A stretch of DNA of 54,951 nucleotides, taken from positions 1 through 54,951 of the IMG/VR virus record IMGVR_UViG_3300047157_000021; one strand, given 5' to 3'. The position numbers and the translations under genes were made by a program. Of the stretch, positions 46,952-54,951 are shown one piece after another. The stretch comes from a virus (Duplodnaviria; Caudoviricetes). The notes beneath the pieces were generated by a model, which made no database searches, was not told the origin of the DNA, and saw only the letters and a list, made by a program, of their open reading frames with translations. Every line of letters starts with the position of its first letter. Within the stretch, counting starts at the first letter, position 1.

Positions 46952-49075
46952 ATGTCAGATATTGATGAAATTTTTATTGAGGACGATTCCATTGCCCTTG
47001 AAGACACAGAAAACTCTGATGTTGAAGACTATGGTGCATCTAAAATAATTCCATTTATTATGGAAAGATACAAACGTTCTGAGGATTATCGTGAGCAGGA
47101 CGAACAGCGCTGGCTTAAATCATATAGAAACTATAGAGGACTATATGGCTCTGATGTACAATTTACAGAAGCTGAAAAGTCTCGTGTATTTATTAAGGTA
47201 ACTAAAACAAAAACACTGGCTGCATATGGTCAGATGATTGATGTACTATTTGCTAACAATAGATTTCCATTAAGTGTAGATCCTACAGAGCTACCAGATG
47301 GTGTTGTAGCAGATGTTAATTTTGATCCTAAAGAACCTGAACAACTACGTAAAGATACTAAGAATGAGATTGTGTCTCCTTATGGTTACAAGGGAGATGG
47401 CAAAGAGTGGGTTAAGGGTGCGACAGAAAAGACCCTTATGGAAAGTCTTGGCCCACTAAAAGAAAAACTAGAAGATATAGATAATCTAAAAGGTACTACA
47501 GGACTTACACCATCTGCAATCACATTCAGCCCAGCTATGATTGCAGCTAAGAAAATGCAAAAGAAAATACATGACCAGTTAGATGAGTCAAGTGCAGGTA
47601 AACATCTACGTAGTACAGTATTTGAAATGGCGTTGTTTGGTACTGGTGTAATGAAAGGTCCATTTGCTGTAGATAAAGAATATGCTAACTGGAATGAAGA
47701 GGGTGAGTACTCTCCTGTGATTAAAACAGTACCACAGATATCTCACGTATCTGTGTGGAATTTTTATCCAGATCCAGATGCAAGTAATATGGATGAAGCT
47801 CAGTTTGTTATTGAGCGCCATAAACTATCACGCACACAACTACGTGCCCTTAAGAAACGTCCTTACTTTAGATCATCTTTAATTGATGAAGCTATTTCTT
47901 ACGGTGAAGATTATACACGAAAAGATTGGGAGCATGACTTAGCTGACTTTGCACCTGAACATGGTATTGATCGTTTTGAAGTATTAGAGTATTGGGGTAT
48001 GGTAGACGTAGAGCTACTAGAAGAACAAGGTGTAGATATCCCTAACGAACTATCTGGCTTTGATGAGTTACAAGCAAACGTTTGGATATGTAATGGTAAA
48101 CTACTACGTATGGTACTTAATCCTTTCAAACCTGCTAAGATTCCGTACCACGCCTCTCCATATGAACTAAACCCGTATGGTTTTTTTGGTGTGGGTCTTG
48201 CAGAAAATATGGACGATACGCAAACTTTAATGAATGGTTTTATGCGAATGGCAGTTGACAATGCCGTATTGTCTGGTAATCTATTGATTGAAGTAGATGA
48301 AACTAACTTAGTTCCAGGTCAAGACTTATCAGTATATCCTGGTAAAGTATTTAGACGCCAAGGTGGTGCCCCAGGACAAGCAGTGTTTGGAACTAAGTTC
48401 CCTAATGTTGCAGGAGAAAACCTGCAGTTATTTGATAAAGCAAGGGTATTAGCAGATGAGTCAACTGGATTTCCATCTTTCGCTCATGGTCAAACAGGGG
48501 TCAGTGGCGTGGGCCGTACTGCTTCTGGCATTTCTATGCTTATGGGTGCCGCACAAGGCGGTATAAAAACAGTAATTAAAAACATTGATGACTACTTGCT
48601 ACGTCCTTTAGGTGAGGGCTTGTTTAGTTTTAATATGCAGTTTAGTTACGATCCTGAGTTGCGTGGAGATTTAGAAGTTAAAGCTCGTGGCACAGAAAGT
48701 CTTATGGCTAACGAAGTACGTAGTCAACGTTTGATGCAGTTTTTACAAGTAGCATCTAATCCTTCACTAGCGCCGTATGCTAAGTTCCAGTATATTATTA
48801 GGGAGATAGCTAAGTCAATGGAGCTAGACCCAGATAAAGTAACTAACAATATGGATGAGGCAGCAATACAAGCAGAGCTTATGAAAGGCTTTGCAGCCCC
48901 AGCCCAAGAGCAACAACAACAGGGAGCCAACCCTTTAGATCCTACAGGAGCAGGGGGTGGTAACATAGGAACAGGTCAAGTACCTACACCTCAAGAACAA
49001 GGATTTAGTGGAAATGAACAAGGACCAACTGCTCAACCGCCTCAAGCCAACGCTGGGCAACCCCCAACAGGCTAA
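46952..49075 (+). CDS. Portal protein
   Basis: About 707 aa directly after terL; AAGGA RBS; Q/P/G-rich tail. Confidence 0.85.
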   Translation: MSDIDEIFIEDDSIALEDTENSDVEDYGASKIIPFIMERYKRSEDYREQDEQRWLKSYRNYRGLYGSDVQFTEAEKSRVFIKVTKTKTLAAYGQMIDVLFANNRFPLSVDPTELPDGVVADVNFDPKEPEQLRKDTKNEIVSPYGYKGDGKEWVKGATEKTLMESLGPLKEKLEDIDNLKGTTGLTPSAITFSPAMIAAKKMQKKIHDQLDESSAGKHLRSTVFEMALFGTGVMKGPFAVDKEYANWNEEGEYSPVIKTVPQISHVSVWNFYPDPDASNMDEAQFVIERHKLSRTQLRALKKRPYFRSSLIDEAISYGEDYTRKDWEHDLADFAPEHGIDRFEVLEYWGMVDVELLEEQGVDIPNELSGFDELQANVWICNGKLLRMVLNPFKPAKIPYHASPYELNPYGFFGVGLAENMDDTQTLMNGFMRMAVDNAVLSGNLLIEVDETNLVPGQDLSVYPGKVFRRQGGAPGQAVFGTKFPNVAGENLQLFDKARVLADESTGFPSFAHGQTGVSGVGRTASGISMLMGAAQGGIKTVIKNIDDYLLRPLGEGLFSFNMQFSYDPELRGDLEVKARGTESLMANEVRSQRLMQFLQVASNPSLAPYAKFQYIIREIAKSMELDPDKVTNNMDEAAIQAELMKGFAAPAQEQQQQGANPLDPTGAGGGNIGTGQVPTPQEQGFSGNEQGPTAQPPQANAGQPPTG

Positions 49076-49229
49076 TGCGTTAGAGGAATACTTTGACTAT
49101 CTTATTACTGAACAACACAGAATAATGGAACAAACAGATAGTATTACTGTTGTGCATAGAGCGCAGGGTGCAATAAATCAATTACGCAGATTAAAGTTAT
49201 TGAAAGATGAAGTACTAAATGGCAGATAA
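49014..49229 (+). CDS. Small protein after portal
   Basis: HRAQGAI..LRRL pattern; position. Confidence 0.65.
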   Translation: MNKDQLLNRLKPTLGNPQQANALEEYFDYLITEQHRIMEQTDSITVVHRAQGAINQLRRLKLLKDEVLNGR

Positions 49230-51381
49230 AAAAGTAGGTACAAGTACAGGTAAAAAAACACAGGCAGGTAGGGATGTTTATAAAACTCCTGAAGGTGAAA
49301 TGGTATCTGAAAAATCTACTACGTTTAAGTATAAGGATATGTGGATAAACATTCCTAGTATACATAATGGTCATAAATACGATGATGCTACATTAAAACT
49401 TATGCTAGAGGCAGAAATTATTAAGCCTACTAGTTCACATAAAAGTAGAGAAGATGCAGAACAAGCTGCACGTAAGCGTAGTGATAATTTAAAATTTAAC
49501 AAAGGTGGAACTGCTATGAAAGATCAAATGAGCTTCTTTGAAGACGGTGGACTAAAAGATGAAGGCGGTATGGTGGATGAGGTATCTGGTAATGAAGTTC
49601 CATCTGGAAGTACACGTAAAGAAGTTCGTGATGACATTCCAGCTAACATCAGCGAAGGTGAATTTATTTTCCCTGCAGATGTAGTTAGGTTTATTGGTCT
49701 TGAAAAACTTATGCAGATGCGTCAGATGGCTAAGATGGGCCTGAAAGAAATGGAAGCTATGGGTCAGATGGGTAACTCTGAAGAAGCTACTATGCCTGAT
49801 GACTTACCGTTTGGTATGGCTGACTTAATTATTGTAGAAGGTGAGGACGATAGCGAAGAGAATAACTTTGCTATTGGTGGTATTCAGTGGCCTGTATCTC
49901 CTGCAGATGTTCCTATTGAAAATAAAGTATATATTAATGAAGCTGGTAATAAAATAAATATTAGGTTCCAAGGCGATAAACCTCTTGACACCATACCTGA
50001 TGGTTATGTATTATTTACAGGTCAACCCATACCCACGCAACCTGCAGCACCCGCGAGTAGTGGTGGTGGTGGATCAGATGAACCCGCACCTAAAAATCCA
50101 TTTGTTGAAGCAGGTGGGTGGGCAGATGCTCCATTAGATATGTATATTAAAGAAATAGAAACTATTAGTGGTGCTACACCAAATATTGTAGCAGGTGTAG
50201 CCAGTGTTTTAGGCGGTCCATTAATAGGTGGCTTAGCATATGCAGCTAATAAATATAATAAAAAAGAAGCGCTAAAACATATAGATGCTCGTATAGAACA
50301 AGCAAAGAAAACTACAGTACCTGGACAAGTAGCAGCATTACGTAGTGCTAAAGAAAAACTATTAGGTAAAAAAGAACGTACTAGTATTATTGGTGCAGTT
50401 ATAGGATCAATAGCTGAGTCTTTAGGGCTAACAGGAGAGCAGCAAGCTGCTGTTACAAATACTGCAACTAAATTAAATAAAGTAGAAACGCCACCTAAAG
50501 ATGTTACACCTGTAGATAGTAGTGCTATTCCTTTATCACCAAGCTTAATTGCAACTTCAAAGCAAACTCCTTTTGAACTTTCTATTGAAGATTATATGTC
50601 TGCAGAAGAAAAAGAAGCTCTAGGAATACCTAAAGAAGATAAAGTTCCAGTTACAGGCGAACAAGGTTCTGCTGCTGTAGAAAAAATATTACAAGAAATA
50701 CCTGCTATGCAGCAAGATCCTATGACTCAAGTTCCTGTTGACAATAGATTAACAGGTATGTCAGGTACGATTAAAGATGCTGGTACTCCTATAACAACAT
50801 TAGGAAAAATAGCAATGCAACCTCCTACTGTAGTACCTACTCCTACTGATCTACAAACAAATGTAGGTGATATAGATAGACAAACTAGAGCAGCTTACGA
50901 AAGTGATCTTATAAATAAAGGTAAAGAGCTAGTTGCACAGCAATCTAAAATGGCTAGTTTAGGCTTAATGGATAAAGTTAAAAATGCAGTTATGAATAAG
51001 AGTGCTATACCTGAAACAGGATTAACTGGAACTGTATTAAGTGAAACAGGCCCAGTAAGTAAGCCAACAGGACGCGCAGGATCACTAACACCTGTATCAG
51101 CTACAGGTAGCGGTAGATCACCTACAACAACTACAGCACCTTCTACTTCAACGGTTTCAAATAATGATAGAGATGACAGAAGTAGTTTTTCTGAAACATT
51201 AGCTAAAACAGGAACAGCAACTAGAATTGGATCTGCTGCACCTAAAACTTCTGTTAAACCGCCATCACGTCCATCAGGTGGCCCTGCACAAGATAATAAT
51301 CCTAACAAACCAGATAAACCCAAACGTGGAGGGGGCGGTGGTAAAGCACATGGAGGTTTAATGAAGAAACGTGGTAAGTAA
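49219..51381 (+). CDS. Large head-cluster protein with FxxGG / GEF module
   Basis: FEDGG..DDIPANISEGEFIFPADVVRFIG; low-complexity remainder. Confidence 0.7.
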   Translation: MADKKVGTSTGKKTQAGRDVYKTPEGEMVSEKSTTFKYKDMWINIPSIHNGHKYDDATLKLMLEAEIIKPTSSHKSREDAEQAARKRSDNLKFNKGGTAMKDQMSFFEDGGLKDEGGMVDEVSGNEVPSGSTRKEVRDDIPANISEGEFIFPADVVRFIGLEKLMQMRQMAKMGLKEMEAMGQMGNSEEATMPDDLPFGMADLIIVEGEDDSEENNFAIGGIQWPVSPADVPIENKVYINEAGNKINIRFQGDKPLDTIPDGYVLFTGQPIPTQPAAPASSGGGGSDEPAPKNPFVEAGGWADAPLDMYIKEIETISGATPNIVAGVASVLGGPLIGGLAYAANKYNKKEALKHIDARIEQAKKTTVPGQVAALRSAKEKLLGKKERTSIIGAVIGSIAESLGLTGEQQAAVTNTATKLNKVETPPKDVTPVDSSAIPLSPSLIATSKQTPFELSIEDYMSAEEKEALGIPKEDKVPVTGEQGSAAVEKILQEIPAMQQDPMTQVPVDNRLTGMSGTIKDAGTPITTLGKIAMQPPTVVPTPTDLQTNVGDIDRQTRAAYESDLINKGKELVAQQSKMASLGLMDKVKNAVMNKSAIPETGLTGTVLSETGPVSKPTGRAGSLTPVSATGSGRSPTTTTAPSTSTVSNNDRDDRSSFSETLAKTGTATRIGSAAPKTSVKPPSRPSGGPAQDNNPNKPDKPKRGGGGGKAHGGLMKKRGK

Positions 51382-51473
51382 CAGCACGTAAGTAATCTGT
51401 TACATTTGTCTGGCTACTCATCCCCCTAACAACAACACTAGGCTACGGTGGCCCCAGAAAAGAAAGTAAATAA

Positions 51474-52349
51474 ATGGACGATACAATAATGGCTGGCGAA
51501 ATGGAAGCGCCAAAAAAAGTAGCATTTGCAAATCGCAAGTACTCAAACGAAGATAAACGAAAGTTAGAAGAAGAAGAACTGCAAAAATTAATGGACGAAC
51601 AAGATGAGTCTGTAAAAGAACAGGGAGTGCAAAAGGAAGAGCAAGTACCTGAAACAGCAGAAGAGCGTAGTTTTAAAAAACGTTATGGTGATTTACGTAG
51701 ACATACTCAAGAAAAAGAACGTAGCTACGAAGATCGAATTAAAAAACTAGAAGAACAACTTAACGAATCTGCAGCACAAGGAATTAAACTACCTACTAGT
51801 GATGAGGACTTAGATAAGTGGGCAGCAGAATATCCTGATGTAGCAGCTATCGTAGAAACTATTGCAATTAAAAAGGCAAGAGAACAGTCAAAGGAATTAG
51901 AAGATCGTGTTAAAGCTATTGATGAAATGCGATATGAGGCCACACGTGAAAAGGCTGAAGCAGAGCTTATGCGACTTCACCCTGACTTTGGCACAATACG
52001 TGACAGCGATGACTTCCACGAATGGGCTGAAGAGCAGCCTAAGTGGGTTCAAGACGCTTTGTATGAAAACACTGAAGATGCTCGTTCAGCTTCTCGTGCT
52101 ATCGACTTATATAAAAGCGATAGAGGCATTGCAAAAACTAAAAGTAAAAATACTGACAAAGATGCGGCGAGATCAGTAGGAACTAAATCTACACGTACTC
52201 GCCCAGAAACTGATGAGACAAGTAACTACCTAAAGGAATCTCAGGTAAATAAAATGTCTCCACAAGAATACGAGAAGTATGCGGATGATATTATGGAATC
52301 TATTCGTACTGGAAAATTTATTTATGATATTTCAGGAAATGCTCGTTAA
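51474..52349 (+). CDS. Putative scaffolding protein
   Basis: Highly charged coiled coil directly upstream of the capsid gene. Confidence 0.72.
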   Translation: MDDTIMAGEMEAPKKVAFANRKYSNEDKRKLEEEELQKLMDEQDESVKEQGVQKEEQVPETAEERSFKKRYGDLRRHTQEKERSYEDRIKKLEEQLNESAAQGIKLPTSDEDLDKWAAEYPDVAAIVETIAIKKAREQSKELEDRVKAIDEMRYEATREKAEAELMRLHPDFGTIRDSDDFHEWAEEQPKWVQDALYENTEDARSASRAIDLYKSDRGIAKTKSKNTDKDAARSVGTKSTRTRPETDETSNYLKESQVNKMSPQEYEKYADDIMESIRTGKFIYDISGNAR

Positions 52350-52353
52350 GCTA

Positions 52354-52384
52354 TTGACATGTAGAAAAACTATGGTATAACTAT
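52354..52384 (+). promoter_or_regulatory. Promoter for the capsid gene
   Basis: TTGACA-16 nt-TATAACTAT. Confidence 0.7.
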
Positions 52385-52615
52385 ATGTACAATCCTTTAG
52401 TATAGGGTAGCCCTATTAAATAGCAACCTACTCTATACTAAATTAAACTTTACTATTCACAAACAGCAATACTCTTACGGAACTACCTAATCTCTATTGG
52501 CCCATTGCATATAGGAGCGGCCACTCTTGTAAACAATGCACCCAGTATGTTAGCCTCTAAACTTGAAATTGTTTTAGTTTGTATCTTGGAACCAATAATG
52601 CGAAAGGAATAAACA

Positions 52616-53713
52616 ATGGCATTTGGATCAGCGAGTGGATATGGTAACCTTCCCAATGGGGTTTGGTCACCAGTAATCTACAGCAAACAGGTACAACTTG
52701 CATTCCGCAAGTCTGCTATCTGTGAAGCAATTACTAACAACGACTATTTTGGCGAGATTGCCAACATGGGCGATAGCGTGAAAATCGTTAAAGAGCCTGA
52801 AGTAGAAGTTAAACCTTATCTGCGTGGTACAACTGTTGCCGCACAAGATTTGATTGACTCTGACTTTAGTCTTAATATCGACAAAGCCAATTATTTTGCC
52901 TTCAAAGTCGATGATATTGAGGATGCTCATTCCCATGTCAACTTCCAAAGTCTTGCGTCAGATCGCGCAGCCTATCGTTTGGCTGACCAGTTTGACAAAG
53001 ATGTACTTGGTTACATGGCTGGTTATAAGCAAACACCTGCTGCTGGTGCAACTGGTAACATCTTGGAAGATGAATCTGCTGATACTGTAAACAACGTTAT
53101 CAACGGAACCAAAGCTAACTCAGCGGCTGGTACAGACGAGTTGCTCGCAGTTAATAAGCTGAAAAAAGGTGACTTTGGTAACATCACTACATCTTCTGCT
53201 GGTGACCATTCAATCCCAGTAGCTGCACGTCTTTCTGGCGCTACAGCATTGCCAACAGCAACTGTGTCTCCTGCGATGATTGTATCGCGTATGGCACGTT
53301 TGCTGGATCAACAGCAAGTTGACTCACAAGGTCGCTGGTTGGTTATTGATCCCGTAATGATGGAAGTCTTGCGCGATGAAGACTCACGTTTGTTGAATGC
53401 AGACTTTGGTGGTTCAGGGTTACAGAACGGTATGGTTCTGAATAACTTTCATGGCTTCCGCGTCTACGTAACTTCAAACTTGCCAGCAGTTGGTACTGGT
53501 GCAGGAACTTCAGGTTCTGCAAACCAGAACACTAACTTTGGAGTTATCTGTGCTGGACACGACTCAGCCGTTGCATCTGCAGAGCAGATCAACAAAACTG
53601 AGACTTATCGTGACCCAGACTCATTTGCAGATATTGTGCGTGGGATGCACCTTTACGGTCGCAAGATCCTTCGTCCAGAAGCTCTGGTATCAGCGAAATA
53701 TAATATCGCCTGA
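52616..53713 (+). CDS. Major capsid protein
   Basis: P.IYSK, DYFGEI..GDSVKI, FADIVRGMHLYG.K; AAAGGA RBS; followed by a terminator. Confidence 0.9.
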   Translation: MAFGSASGYGNLPNGVWSPVIYSKQVQLAFRKSAICEAITNNDYFGEIANMGDSVKIVKEPEVEVKPYLRGTTVAAQDLIDSDFSLNIDKANYFAFKVDDIEDAHSHVNFQSLASDRAAYRLADQFDKDVLGYMAGYKQTPAAGATGNILEDESADTVNNVINGTKANSAAGTDELLAVNKLKKGDFGNITTSSAGDHSIPVAARLSGATALPTATVSPAMIVSRMARLLDQQQVDSQGRWLVIDPVMMEVLRDEDSRLLNADFGGSGLQNGMVLNNFHGFRVYVTSNLPAVGTGAGTSGSANQNTNFGVICAGHDSAVASAEQINKTETYRDPDSFADIVRGMHLYGRKILRPEALVSAKYNIA

Positions 53714-53725
53714 TAATACACTTAC

Positions 53726-53761
53726 AGAGATAGGCTGCTTAACTGTGGCCTATCTTTATTT
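53726..53761 (+). terminator. Intrinsic terminator after the capsid gene
   Basis: AGATAGGCTGC-ttaact-GTGGCCTATCT then TTATTT. Confidence 0.75.
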
Positions 53762-53782
53762 GCATATAAAGGACATCTTCAA

Positions 53783-54220
53783 ATGGCAATTACTACAGCA
53801 ATGTGCAACACGTTTAAGCAAGAGCTACTTGGCGGTGTTCACGATCTTGATACTCACTCACTAAAATTGGCTCTAATTAAAGCTTCACCATCAGGTACTT
53901 ATGGTGCAGCTACTACTAACTACTCAAATGTTACTGGTAACTCCGACGAAGCATCAGGAACAAATTACACTGCAGGTGGTCAAGTACTAGATGGCGCTGC
54001 TATTACTTTAGATGGTAGCACAGCTATTGTTGACTTTACTGATGAGGTATTTCAAAATGTAACTATCTCTACAGATGGTTGTATTATTTACAATACTGCA
54101 CAGGCTAACAAAGCAATAGCAGTTATTGACTTTGGTGGTACAGTTAGTGCAACAGCAGGTGATTTAACTATTGAGTTTCCTGCGGCAGCAGCAGGTACAG
54201 CAGTAATTCGTATTGCATAA
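53783..54220 (+). CDS. Virion structural protein
   Basis: AAAGGA RBS; directly after the capsid gene; YTAGG..DFGG pattern. Confidence 0.7.
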   Translation: MAITTAMCNTFKQELLGGVHDLDTHSLKLALIKASPSGTYGAATTNYSNVTGNSDEASGTNYTAGGQVLDGAAITLDGSTAIVDFTDEVFQNVTISTDGCIIYNTAQANKAIAVIDFGGTVSATAGDLTIEFPAAAAGTAVIRIA

Positions 54221-54242
54221 GATACTTTAAGGATACCTATCC

Positions 54243-54951
54243 ATGACAATTAAGTTTGCAAATCGTGTAAAAGTAAGTACGTCTACTACAGGAACAGGTA
54301 CTATTACCCTTGGTTCTGCAGTAGGAGGGTTTCAGACTTTTGCTCAAGGTGGTATCCTTAATGGTAACTCAGTACGCTACACAATTCTTAATGGTAACAA
54401 CTGGGAAGTAGGCACAGGAGTCTACACTCATAGCGGAACCACTATGTCAAGATCTTACGAGGAAAGCTCTACAGGGTCTTTACTTAATTTAACAGGTGAA
54501 TCAGAAGTATTTATTACTACGTCTGCTACTGATATTGAAAACTTAGGTAATCGCTCTATTGATTACTTTTACTTTACTGCTACATCAGGTCAAACAGCGT
54601 TTACAGGTAATGATGGCAATAGCAATCAACTAGCATTTTTTGAAGATAACGTATTAGTATTTCTTAACGGTATTGTCTTAGAAGGTGGTGGTACAGACTA
54701 TAGTGTTTCAGGTGGAAATACTGTTACTCTAAGTACAGGTGCTACTGTTTCAGATGAGTTAAATATTGTAGCGTTTAAGTCCTTTACTGTAGCTGATGCT
54801 GTACCTAAATCTACTGGTGGGCAGTTTGATGCTAATGTAGACTTTGCTGCAGGTATTGACGTTACAGGTAACATTACTGTTACTGGTACTGTAGATGGAA
54901 GAGATGTAGCTGCAGACGGTACTAAGCTAGATGGTATAGAAGCATCTGCTA
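54243..54951 (+). CDS. Fibre protein 1, N-terminal part (not in ORF track; runs off the end into base 1)
   Basis: [24 protein letters not shown]...; 236 open codons; AAGGA RBS. Confidence 0.88.
   Translation, partial: MTIKFANRVKVSTSTTGTGTITLGSAVGGFQTFAQGGILNGNSVRYTILNGNNWEVGTGVYTHSGTTMSRSYEESSTGSLLNLTGESEVFITTSATDIENLGNRSIDYFYFTATSGQTAFTGNDGNSNQLAFFEDNVLVFLNGIVLEGGGTDYSVSGGNTVTLSTGATVSDELNIVAFKSFTVADAVPKSTGGQFDANVDFAAGIDVTGNITVTGTVDGRDVAADGTKLDGIEASA

Overview
The window appears to be a complete, circularly permuted ~55 kb genome of a marine short-tailed phage of the HMO-2011 type (alphaproteobacterial host such as Roseobacter/SAR116 inferred, not shown). The last ORF (54243..end) reads in frame into base 1. 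The plus-strand arm (40.5 kb to end, then 1-20.2 kb) holds small basic proteins, lysis genes, terminase, portal, scaffold, capsid, three fibre systems, tail and internal virion proteins. The minus-strand arm (39.6 kb to 20.2 kb) holds small early genes, a tyrosine integrase, primase, helicase, ThyX, PolA with a DnaJ-like zinc-finger insert, SSB, nucleases, class II RNR, glutaredoxin and MazG. I found no RNA polymerase, tRNA or CRISPR array. Best leads: (1) five copies of a 22-bp palindrome confined to the early region, next to a winged-HTH gene; (2) an ORF missing from the supplied track that looks like a DUF1127 small protein, with its own promoter and an RBS-occluding hairpin; (3) a half-size Na/Pi-cotransporter-family gene; (4) a 2OG-Fe(II) oxygenase between two collagen-like fibre genes; (5) recurring [FYM]xxGG motifs with a candidate processing module between portal and scaffold. 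Five single-base indels in essential genes are probably sequencing errors. All family assignments come from motif recognition by eye; no database searches were run.
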